The notes below the pieces were generated by a model. It was not told the origin of the DNA. It ran no database searches and saw only the letters and a list, made by a program, of their open reading frames with translations. From Macrostomum hystrix (taxonomy: Eukaryota; Animalia; Platyhelminthes), in the NCBI GenBank assembly GCA_950097015.1, contig CATNEN010000001.1:9238001-9302000 (forward strand): DNA of 64,000 nt, read 5' to 3'. A program made the position numbers and the translations under genes. Shown one piece after another: positions 1-11,694 of the stretch; positions within the stretch are counted from its first letter, which is position 1, and each line of letters begins with the position of its first letter.

Positions 1-3000
1 CAGAATCGCAGCAAGAACTGAAAGCAGAATCGCAGCAAGAACTGAAAGAAGAATCGCAGCAAGAACTGAAAGAAGAATCGCAGCGAGAACTGAAAGCAGA
101 ATCGCAGCAAGAACTGAAAGCAGAATCGCAGCAAGAACTGAAAGAAGAATCGCAGCAAGAAAGAAGAATCGCAGCGAGAACTGAAAGAAGAATCGCAGCG
201 AGAACTGAAAGCAGAATCGCAGCAAGAACTGAAAGAAGAATCGCAGCGAGAACTGAAAGAAGAATCGCAGCGAGAACTGAAAGCAGAATCGCAGCAAGAA
301 CTGAAAGCAGAATCGCAGCAAGAACTGAAAGAAGAATCGCAGCAAGAAAGAAGAATCGCAGCGAGAACTGAAAGAAGAATCGCAGCGAGAACTGAAAGCA
401 GAATCGCAGCAAGAACTGAAAGCAGAATCGCAGCAAGAACTGAAAGCAGAATCGCAGCGAGAACTGAAAGCAGAATCGCAGCAAGAACTGAAAGAAGAAT
501 CACAGCAAGAAAGAAGAATCGCAGCGAGAACTGAAAGAAGAATCGCAGCAAGAACTGAAAGCAGAATCGCAGCGAGAACTGAAAGCAGAATCGCAGCGAG
601 AACTGAAAGAAGAATCGCAGCAAGAACTGAAAGAAGAATCGCAGCAAGAAGGAAGAATCGCAGCGAGAACTGAAAGCAGAATCGCAGCGAGAACTGAAAG
701 CAGAATCGCAGCAAGAACTGAAAGCAGAATCGCAGCAAGAACTGAAAGAAGAATCGCAGCAAGAAAGAAGAATCGCAGCGAGAACTGAAAGAAGAATCGC
801 AGCGAGAACTGAAAGCAGAATCGGAGCGAGAACTGAAAGCAGAATCGCAGCGAGAACTGAAGGAAGAATCGCAGCGAGAACTGAAAGAAGAATCGCAGCA
901 AGAGGGAAGAATCGCAGCGAGAACTGAAAGAAGAATCGCAGCAAGAAGGAAGAATCGCAGCGAGAAGGAAGAATCGCAGCAAGAAGGAAGAATCTCAGCG
1001 CGAACTGAAAGAAGAATCGCAGCAAGAAGGAAGAATCGCAGCGAGAACTGAAAGAAGAATCGCAGCGAGAACTGAAAGCAGAATCGCAGCAAGAACTGAA
1101 AGAAGAATCGCAGCGAGAACTGAAAGAAGAATCGCAGCGAGAACTGAAAGCAGAATCGCAGCAAGAACTGAAAGCAGAATCGCAGCAAGAACTGAAAGCA
1201 GAATCGCAGCAAGAACTGAAAGAAGAATCGCAGCAAGAACTGAAAGAAGAATCGCAGCGAGAACTGAAAGCAGAATCGCAGCAAGAACTGAAAGCAGAAT
1301 CGCAGCAAGAACTGAAAGAAGAATCGCAGCAAGAAAGAAGAATCGCAGCGAGAACTGAAAGAAGAATCGCAGCGAGAACTGAAAGCAGAATCGCAGCAAG
1401 AACTGAAAGAAGAATCGCAGCGAGAACTGAAAGAAGAATCGCAGCGAGAACTGAAAGCAGAATCGCAGCAAGAACTGAAAGCAGAATCGCAGCAAGAACT
1501 GAAAGAAGAATCGCAGCAAGAAAGAAGAATCGCAGCGAGAACTGAAAGAAGAATCGCAGCGAGAACTGAAAGCAGAATCGCAGCAAGAACTGAAAGCAGA
1601 ATCGCAGCAAGAACTGAAAGCAGAATCGCAGCGAGAACTGAAAGCAGAATCGCAGCAAGAACTGAAAGAAGAATCACAGCAAGAAAGAAGAATCGCAGCG
1701 AGAACTGAAAGAAGAATCGCAGCAAGAACTGAAAGCAGAATCGCAGCGAGAACTGAAAGCAGAATCGCAGCGAGAACTGAAAGAAGAATCGCAGCAAGAA
1801 CTGAAAGAAGAATCGCAGCAAGAAGGAAGAATCGCAGCGAGAACTGAAAGCAGAATCGCAGCGAGAACTGAAAGCAGAATCGCAGCAAGAACTGAAAGCA
1901 GAATCGCAGCAAGAACTGAAAGAAGAATCGCAGCAAGAAAGAAGAATCGCAGCGAGAACTGAAAGAAGAATCGCAGCGAGAACTGAAAGCAGAATCGCAG
2001 CAAGAACTGAAAGAAGAATCGCAGCAAGAAAGAAGAATCGCAGCGAGAACTGAAAGAAGAATCGCAGCGAGAACTGAAAGCAGAATCGCAGCAAGAACTG
2101 AAAGCAGAATCGCAGCAAGAACTGAAAGAAGAATCGCAGCAAGAAAGAAGAATCGCAGCGAGAACTGAAAGAAGAATCGCAGCGAGAACTGAAAGCAGAA
2201 TCGCAGCAAGAACTGAAAGCAGAATCGCAGCAAGAACTGAAAGCAGAATCGCAGCGAGAACTGAAAGCAGAATCGCAGCAAGAACTGAAAGAAGAATCGC
2301 AGCAAGAAAGAAGAATCGCAGCGAGAACTGAAAGAAGAATCGCAGCAAGAACTGAAAGCAGAATCGCAGCGAGAACTGAAAACAGAATCGCAGCGAGAAC
2401 TGAAAGAAGAATCGCAGCGAGAACTGAAAGCAGAATCGCAGCAAGAACTGAAAGAAGAATCGCAGCAAGAACTGAAAGCAGAATCGCAGCGAGAACTGAA
2501 AGCAGAATCGCAGCGAGAACTGAAAGCAGAATCGCAGCAAGAACTGAAAGCAGAATCGCAGCGAGAACTGAAAGCAGAATCGCAGCGAGAACTGAAAGCA
2601 GAATCGCAGCAAGAACTGAAAGAAGAATCGCAGCGAGAACTGAAGGAAGAATCGCAGCGAGAACTGAAAGAAGAATCGCAGCAAGGAAGAATCGCAGCGA
2701 GAACTGAAAGAAGAATCGGAGCAAGAAGGAAGAATCGCAGCGAGAACTGAAAGAAGAATCGCAGCAAGAACTGAAAGCAGAATCGCAGCGAGAACTGAAA
2801 GCAGAATCGCAGCGAGAACTGAAAGCAGAATCGCAGCGAGAACTGAAGGAAGAATCGCAGCGAGAACTGAAAGAAGAATCGCAGCAAGAAAGAAGAATCG
2901 CAGCAAGAACTGAAAGCAGAATCGCAGCGAGAACTGAAAGCAGAATCGCAGCGAGAACTGAAAGCAGAATCGCAGCGAGAACTGAAAGCAGAATCGCAGC

Positions 3001-4225
3001 GAGAACTGAAGGAAGAATCGCAGCGAGAACTGAAAGAAGAATCGGAGCAAGAAGGAAGAATCGCAGCGAGAACTGAAAGAAGAATCGCAGCAAGAACTGA
3101 AAGCAGAATCGCAGCGAGAACTGAAAGCAGAATCGGAGCGAGAACTGAAAGCAGAATCGCAGCGAGAACTGAAGGAAGAATCGCAGCGAGAACTGAAAGA
3201 AGAATCGCAGCAAGAGGGAAGAATCGCAGCGAGAACTGAAAGAAGAATCGCAGCAAGAAGGAAGAATCGCAGCGAGAAGGAAGAATCGCAGCAAGAAGGA
3301 AGAATCTCAGCGCGAACTGAAAGAAGAATCGCAGCAAGAAGGAAGAATCACAGCGAGAACTGAAAGAAGAATCGCAGCAAGAAGGAAGTATCGCAGCGAG
3401 AACTGAAAGAAGAATCGCAGCAAGAAGGAAGAATCGCAGTGAGAACTGAAAGAAGAATCGCAGCAAGAAGGAAGAATCGCAGCGAGAAGGAAGAATCGAA
3501 GCAAGAAGGAAGAATCGCAGCGAGAACTGAAAGAAGAATCGCAGCAAGAAGGAAGAATCGCAGCAAGAACTGAAAGCAGAGTCGCAGCAAGAAGGAAGAA
3601 TCGCAGCGAGAACTGAAAGAAGAATCGCAGCAAGAACTGAAAGCAGAGTCGCAGCAAGAAGGAAGAATCGCAGCGAGAACTGAAAGAAGAATCGCAGCAA
3701 GAACTGAAAGCAGAGTCGCAGCAAGAAGGAAGAATCGCAGCGAGAACTGAAAGAAGAATCGCAGCAAGAAGGAAGAATCGCAGCAAGAACTGAAAGCAGA
3801 GTCGCAGCAAGAAGGAAGAATCGCAGCGAGAACTGAAAGAAGAATCGCAGCAAGAACTGAAAGCAGAGTCGCAGCAAGAAGGAAGAATCGCAGCGAGAAC
3901 TGAAAGAATAATCGCAGCAAGAAGGAAGAATCGCAGCAAGAACTGAAAGCAGAATCGCAGCGAGAACTGAAAGCAGAATCGCAGCAAGAACTGAAAGAAG
4001 AATCGCAGCGAGAACTGAAAGCAGAATCGCAGCAAGAACTGAAAGAAGAATCGCAGCGAGAACTGAAAGCAGAATCGCAGCAAGAACTGAAAGAAGAATC
4101 GCAGCGAGAACTGAAAGCAGAATCGCAGCAAGAACTGAAAGCAGAATCGCAGCGAGAACTGAAAGCAGAATCGCAGCAAGAACTGAAAGCAGAATCGCAG
4201 CGAGAACTGAAAGCAGAGTCGCAGC
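1..4225. repeat. 24-bp minisatellite (GAATCGCAGCRAGAACTGAAAGMA) interspersed with a 19-bp deletion variant; runs off the left edge
   Basis: Directly visible tandem units. The long minus-strand ORFs here are repeat artefacts. Confidence 0.97.
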
Positions 4226-5282
4226 TAGAAGTGGAGAAAGAACCGTAGCATCTAGCGATTGCAGAGGATAAATAAATTTAAGAAGCTTAGAGCAAATTAT
4301 TTGGCAGGTAAAATTCTACAAAATGTTCTGATATCGATAAAGCAGATAAAAAACTCTCGTAATAATTTATTTATTTAGCTATCTAAAAAACTTAAAATAA
4401 AACCTACTTTGGTGAGAAGCACGAATAAAAAAGTATTCTAACTTTAAACAATGTACTCGTAGCATAAAACAGCAAGTATAAACTAGCAGTTGTGGATAGA
4501 AAGGAAAAAAGCTATTAAAAAGACACTAAATAACCAGAACAGCAGACAGGCACAGAAAATTATACGCATTAGGCATACAATAAATCTAATTGTAAATATC
4601 TAGTCGCTTTTTAGAGGCAAAAATATGATAAAAACGCGATTTAAGTTAAGTTAGGCGTCATAAATTCACGCTTAAAACAGCTAATAAAACACTAAAAATT
4701 AATTAAATAATGTGCCATATGATTTCTCTGGGTATTTTTTTGACTCTAAAAAACATAGTCGCTCTAAACTATTGTGCTTACTTACAGTAATACATATTTT
4801 ATATATGTACATTCTGGAGGGATTATAGTAAAATTCACGAGTGGGGTTTTAAGCCGAATAATTGAGGCCACGCCACTCACCACTTGCTACTTAAAGTAGA
4901 CGATAAGCTCTAAATAACATTATTTTTAAGTCTGAGAATACCCAGTGAAAAAGCCGAGGCTTTTAAGAAACACAGAAACTACATAGAAAAAAAGCGAAGA
5001 CCTACAGTATATCATGGACTATGCTATTGTTAAAGCAAGTAGTTTAATATTATTTTCTTATTATTATCGAATATGAGACATCGAATTTTAAATCGAATCA
5101 ACACGACACTGGGGTGCCAAGAACAAAAGTTTCTATAAATACTGATTAACATATTAATAAAAGCTAATATAAAACTACAGACCTATCAATTTGTAAAAAT
5201 CAGCAGTAGCGATACTAATAAACAGTTTGCAAAATCTTTAGTCGATAGACGAATAACATTTTCGATTTTTCGAACTTTTTCG

Positions 5283-6300
5283 AATGTCACTATAAGGCGT
5301 CAATTGTTACACCCGTTTCTTAGAAAATGTCACTATAAGGCGTCAATTGTTACGAGCTACACCCGTTTCTTAGAAAATGTCACTATAAGGCGTCAATTGT
5401 TACACCCTTTTCTTAGAAAATGTCACTATAAGGCGTCAATTGTAACACCTGTTTCTTAGAAAATGTCACTATAAGGCGTCAATTGTTACACCCTTTTCTT
5501 AGAAAATGTCACTATAAGGCGTCAATTGTTACACCCGTCTCTTAGAAAATGTCACTATAAGGCGTCAATTGTTACACCCGTTTCTTAGAAAATGTCACTA
5601 TAAGGCGTCAATTGTTACACCCGTTTCTTAGAAAATGTCACTATAAGGCGTCAATTGTTACGAGCTACACCCGTTTCTTAGAAAATGTCACTATAAGGCG
5701 TCAATTGTTACACCCTTTTCTTAGAAAATGTCACTATAAGGCGTCAATTGTAACACCTGTTTCTTAGAAAATGTCACTATAAGGCGTCAATTGTTACACC
5801 CTTTTCTTAGAAAATGTCACTATAAGGCGTCAATTGTTACACCCGTCTCTTAGAAAATGTCACTATAAGGCGTCAATTGTTACACCCGTTTCTTAGAAAA
5901 TGTCACTATAAGGCGTCAATTGTTACACCCGTCTCTTAGAAAATGTCACTATAAGGCGTCAATTGTTACACCCGTTTCTTAGAAAATGTCACTATAAGGC
6001 GTCAATTGTTACACCCGTTTCTTAGAAAATGTCACTATAAGGCGTCAATTGTTACACCCGTTTCTTAGAAAATGTCACTATAAGGCGTCAATTGTTACAC
6101 CCGTCTCTTAGAAAATGTCACTATAAGGCGTCAATTGTTACACCCGTCTCTTAGAAAATGTCACTATAAGGCGTCAATTGTCACACCCGTTTCTTAGAAA
6201 ATGCCACTATAAAGCGTCAATTGTCAAACACGTTTCTTAGAAAATGCCACTATAAAGCGTCAATTGTCACACCCGTTTCTTAGAAAATGTCACTCCTGAA
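5283..6300. repeat. 43-bp minisatellite (AAATGTCACTATAAGGCGTCAATTGTTACACCCGTTTCTTAGA), about 23 copies
   Basis: Visible tandem units, two with an inserted GAGCTAC. Lies about 200 bp downstream of the opine dehydrogenase stop. Confidence 0.96.
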
Positions 6301-6500
6301 GCGTTCATTGTGACACTAATGTCCTAGACAAAATCACACTATTATAATTTATTGTACAACTTTTTTCGATAAAAGTAAAAAAAGAAAATATATTGTCACA
6401 ACTGATTTAAGCAAACTCTTTTTCAAAGACAAACTAACAGTTATAGAATCTTCATTGGTAATATCAACTCAATCAGACTCAACAAAATCAGTCGATGATC

Positions 6501-9500
6501 TCACTCAGGCCGGCCCAACACTTTTCCAACGCTATTGAGTCCGTATCGTTGCGGAGCCCTGGTCAGGGAAATGTCCGGCCCGTTGACTCTACCGCCGTCC
6601 GACGGGCTGATAAACTGCTTACCCATCTGGTCCTGGGCCCACACCAGCACGCGATCAATATTCGGCGTTGGAAATTTGAATATCTCGGCAATGCCCTTGG
6701 TGATGACCAGACCGAATGGCACGTCCTCGGTCATGTAGCGATAGCCGTAATTAGGACGATGAAGGCCATCATCGCAAGCCACAGTCGGATGACGCAGGCC
6801 TCGATAACTAGCGTTGGTTCGCATCGATGTGGCTAGAGTGGTTTTGTCGGCAATATCCTTGCCGTAGCAGTCCATGTACCAGTCGTAGATGTGTAGCACG
6901 GATTTCAAATCTATGCCCTGAAGATTAGTTTAAATTACGGTGAAAAGGACAATTTTATATACTACTGATAGCGTCCATAAAATAATAAGGATTTTATATC
7001 CACTCGATAGACGAAAATACATAATCTGAGATGTCAAAATAGTAAATAGTAATTATGTTTATATTGAATACTTTAAATAACTCTAATTAGCTTAACATTG
7101 TGTGTCCGATATGTATCGAAAACTACAAACTAGACGTTAAAACAGGTTTTTGATACAATTCGTGAAAAATAAGTTTTGAAGCTAAGATATACATGTAATG
7201 GTGAAAAATAAATGTATATAGTAATTAAGCATCCGTCTCAGATTTAACAGTATTTAACATTAGCCTTTAACAATATTTTCCGACATGTGTCTAAAAACAT
7301 ACTTTTAGACAATTTTAAATAACTTCTTCCTGTTTTTCCCCAGAATAATACAATGTTCTATGTAACATTCCAGGTTCTTTTAATCTAATTAAAATGTTTG
7401 CTTAAAACTATTACACAATATGTAGCCGATATGTATCGAAAAATTAAAATTCGACGCTGAAAATATTTTCGATACATATCGGGAACAGTAAAGAATCGTA
7501 CCTCAACATCGCTGATCTTCTTAGCCAGAGCGCAAATTTCGGCGCTCATCGAGTTCAGCAGACTGCCGGTCTCCTCGCTGATGCCCTGATAGAACAGCGG
7601 TGACTCAGGCAAGCCCTGGCCATCCCAGTTGTGCCACTGGCCGTACATAACAGCCAGGTGAACAATCTGATTCACTGAGCCAAGCGTGATGCCCAGGATA
7701 TGACCGGAAGCGTTTAGCACTGGGCGTTGGCCCAGGAGAGACTGAAATATTAATGTCGATGCAAAACATATATTTACAAGCCACAAAGTACAATAATATT
7801 TGAGTAGTATATAGTGTGCATTTGTGAGTAAAAAATATTCAGAATATTAGCAATGACCCATTAACCTGACTCATCAACCAGCTGGCAATGACCCATTAAC
7901 CTGACTCATCAACCAGCTAGCAATGACCCATTAACCTGACTCATCAACCAGCTAGTAATGACCCATTAACCTGACTCATCAACCAGCTGGCAATGACCCA
8001 TTAACCTGACTCATCAACCAGCTAGCAATGACCCATTAACCTGACTCATCAACCAGCTGGCAATGACCCATTAACCTGACTCATCAACCAGCTAGCAATG
8101 ACCCATTAACCTGACTCATCAACCAGCTAGCAATGACCCATTAACCTGACTCATCAACCAGCTAGTAATGACCCATTAACCTGACTCATCAACAAGTTAG
8201 CAATGACCCATTAACCTGACTCATCAACCAGCTAGCAATGACCCATTAACTTGACTCATCAACCAGCTAGCAATGACCCATTAACCTGACTCATCAACCA
8301 GCTAGTAATGACCCATTAAGCTGAATCATCAACAAGTTAGCAATGACCCATTCACCTGACTCATCAACCAGTTAGCAATGACCCATAAACCTGACTCATC
8401 AACCAGTTAGCAATGACTGGCAATTAACCTAGCAATTAACCTGACTCATCATTCAACTAGCAGTGACCCATTTAACCTGACTCATCAACCAGCTAGCAAT
8501 TAGACTCAACACTGACCTGCAGGCAGGGCACAGGATCAACGCGGCTAGGGACAGATCCCAATCGAACAGATCCTCGCATGGACTCCTTGGTGCCCAGCAC
8601 CTCGGCGTGGCAGCCGAACTTCACAAGCCGGCAGGCCCAGGGCAGCGTGACCCAGTCCATGAGGGTGACCATGCCGCTCAGCTCCGGTCCTAGAATGCCG
8701 TCGACTTCAAAGGGGAAGCCGGGAGCTCCGGGCATACCGCAGATGACAGTGCCCGGAGTGATGTAGGGCAGCAGTGCCCGCAGGTAACCGGCGTGAGCAA
8801 ACGCTGGCACCACCAGCATGATCAGGTCCACATCCCTGATGTATGAACGGGCAAGGATATTGGCCGGTGCATAGAAACTTATGAAGTTCGTAAGTCTAGA
8901 AACTGGAAATACAACTCCACGCCAAACCCCCATTTTCCAGACAAGCATGGGCTGACTGGCTGTCCTGAAAATACACTGGGCAGATACGAAATTATAACGT
9001 GCACCACTTATAATAAGAATAATAATTGCAGGAGGGCAGCGGGCAATGGCACATCATTTGGTGGCCCTAGACCCGCAGCCGGCGAAGAGGAAATTCTGCC
9101 CATTTCGCTGACTCTGAGCAGACACACGCTCACACAGGTGTGTACATCGGCCCTGACTTTCTCATCGTCAGGCAGTGCACACTCTCACGGTGCCTTGGAG
9201 GTTGGCCCTCAAATGCGTAAATTTCACGACAAGCCCCCAAGCCTTCTCCCCGCGGCTGCGCCCCAATCGAATGTGGCCCCGCCGTGGAATCGAACTTTGG
9301 TGCAAAAGGCAAACGCGTTAACCGCTCTGCCACCGAACTCCTAAAGTGCACCACTTGGCAACAAACATTTCGAAAATCTGTTTTCACGATACGGAAGTAA
9401 ATGGGGATTTGGCTGGGAAATGTTTATCCAGTTTCTAGATTCAGAGCTCTGTGAGACAATAAACAATTAGCCATATAGAAATTCGGACAACTCACTTGCC

Positions 9501-9752
9501 AGCCACAGCCGGGTCATTGGTGACAGTAGTGAGTTTAGTGTCCAACTCTTTAGTGGTGCCGGCGTCAGTGTAAGTTACACGCAGCTGGCCATTGTTGGCA
9601 GCCAGAGCGGCGCTGATTCGTTCGGCTTCGTCGCCAAAATTGGACATTAGGCGGACGTCGGCGCCGGCTAGAGAGGCCAGGGCCGCTGCCACGTGGGCTC
9701 CGTTGCCGCCGCCGCAGATCACCACCTTGACACCGTTGACGCTAGTTGCCAT
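6501..9752 (-). CDS. Opine dehydrogenase (octopine/tauropine/strombine dehydrogenase family), 4 exons: 9752-9496, 8835-8517, 7741-7502, 6917-6501; 410 aa
   Basis: Rossmann motif VVICGGGNGAH, plus VVPAFAH, TLPWACR and C-terminal YRYMTEDVPFGL. All introns are GT-AG with consistent phases. Joined length is 1233 nt. Confidence 0.92.
7848..8497. repeat. 35-bp intronic minisatellite (CAATGACCCATTAACCTGACTCATCAACCAGCTAG)
   Basis: About 18 tandem copies filling most of opine dehydrogenase intron 2. Confidence 0.95.
8893..9441. mobile_element. Degenerate MITE-like element with about 45-bp imperfect terminal inverted repeats, interrupted by a SINE
   Basis: TCTAGAAACTGG...GCCAAACCCCCATTT at about 8895-8935 is inverted to AAATGGGGATTTGGC...CCAGTTTCTAGA at about 9399-9439. 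Confidence 0.5.
9010..9345 (-). mobile_element. tRNA-derived SINE, near full length
   Basis: A-box GGTGGCAGAGCGG, B-box GTTCGATTCC, (TAT)n tail, 11-bp TSD GTGCACCACTT (8999-9009 and 9346-9356). Homologous copies occur elsewhere in the window. Confidence 0.88.
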
Positions 9753-9892
9753 GACAACGAATCTATTTCTCTTTATATGTATTTCTATAAGGTGGTAATT
9801 TGTTAGAGAAGACCGAATTGACACAGGCAGGCAACTAGACTTGCTGAAGATTTAAGGGATTAAATTAAGGATTAATTATTTATCAATAAGAA

Positions 9893-10860
9893 ATCGAATT
9901 CCTCAAATAATTCAAACAATCGAATCCCTAAACCAAATATTCCCATCGAAGAATCGAATCCCCGAACCAAATATTCCCATCGAAGAATCGAATCCCCGAA
10001 CCAAATATTACCATCGAAGAATCGAATCCCTGAACTAAATATCCCCATCGAAGAATCGAATCCCCGAACCAAATATCCCCATCGAAGAATCGAATCCCCG
10101 AACCAAATATTCCCATCGAAGAATCGAATCCCCGAACCAAATATTACCATCGAAGAATCGAATCCCCGAACCAAATATTACCATCGAAGAATCGAATCCC
10201 TGAACTAAATATCCCCATCGAAGAATCGAATCCCCGAACCAAATATCCCCATCGAAGAATCGAATCCCCGAACCAAATATTCCCATCGAAGAATCGAATC
10301 CCCGAACCAAATATTACCATCGAAGAATCGAATCCCCGAACCAAATATTACCATCGAAGAATCGAATCCCTGAACTAAATATCCCCATCAAATAATGGAA
10401 TCCCTGGACAAAATATCCCCATCGAAGAATCGAATCCCTGAACAAAATATCCCCATCGAAGAATCGAATCCCCGAACCAAATATTACCATCGAAGAATCG
10501 AATCCCCGAACCAAATATTACCATCGAAGAATCGAATCCCTGAACTAAATATCCCCATCGAAGAATCGAATCCCCGAACCAAATATCCCCATCAAATAAT
10601 GGAATCCCTGGACAAAATATCCCCATCGAAGAATCGAATCCCTGAACAAAATATCCCCATCGAAGAATCGAATCCCTGGACAAAATATCCCCATCGAAGA
10701 ATCGAATCCCTGAACAAAATATCCCCATCGAAGAATCGAATCCCTGGACAAAATATCCCCATCAAAGAATGGAATCCCTGGACAAAATATCCCCATCGAA
10801 GAATCGAATCCCCGAACCAAATATCCCCATCAAAGAATGGAATCCCCGAACAAAATTCCT
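9893..10860. repeat. 34-bp minisatellite (ATCGAAGAATCGAATCCCCGAACCAAATATTCCC)
   Basis: About 28 tandem copies starting about 140 bp upstream of the opine dehydrogenase ATG. Confidence 0.95.
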
Positions 10861-11694
10861 AATAAAAAATCGTGATATAACTATTAATGGATCAAATGAC
10901 CCTCAGAGTGTCGGCTATTATCCATAATTTTCCTCAATCACACCGCAAAATAAACTCATGAGACAACAATGGTTTTGTCTGGCGGACAAATTTTCTTTAA
11001 CAAAAAGTGATTTTTCTGGTTTATAACAAACACTTTTTCTCAACATTTTGACATTTTCGGCATCAGCTAGTTAACTTGGAGGGGATTTAGAAGATAAAAT
11101 TTGATGAAAAATAACAGGACAGTCGGTCTTACAAGCTTCTTTCAGTCGGGCACTGATTACAGGTTAAATGTACTGTAGTTAATAAAGTACCAAATAGAAT
11201 TTTATGTTTCAAGCCTAAATTATACTATAATGAGCTTAAATTACAAAACTTTTGCAACGTTGACTACTTTAAGTAGATAATTGTTACGGCGGAGAAAATC
11301 ATAAATTAGATTAGACATTTAAATGGCGTTGAAGACTCAAGCATCAGTGTCGAACAGTTGGTAAAGATAAGGATGCGATAGCAAACGCCACATAGCTTTT
11401 AATAACTGACGGAAAAGTGCGACGTATTTTAAAAGCAAAAAAAATGTGATGGCTAGAAAAGTTTGATTCGCTTTGTATGGTTTTATAATTTTCGAAAGTT
11501 ACACCGAGAAGACAGGACCTGGAGTAAACAATGCGTGAAAATAACAAGCTGACACAGAAATAGCAGTTTTACACTCAGCGCTTACTTATAGTAGGGTACA
11601 CGGAACATTTGCGCTATTTTTTTTTGTTTTGCTTGCTAACACCTTCAGTTAGCAGCTATTGTTCTTTTGAAACGCGCGTAGTTAATGGGGAATT

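Noticed and set aside
500-4179. Long minus-strand ORFs (up to 960 aa)
   Set aside because: They are translations of the 24/19-bp repeat, which lacks stops on that strand. No unique coding sequence.
9148-9180. Hammerhead ribozyme core (CTGACGA..GAAA) in the SINE
   Set aside because: There is no stem II between the motifs, the segment folds as a simple hairpin, and GAAA is not conserved in the 35.3-kb copy.
9872-10862. ORFs in the 34-bp array (also those at 13247, 42731-44490 and 53641)
   Set aside because: Repeat-derived translations with no splice or homology support.
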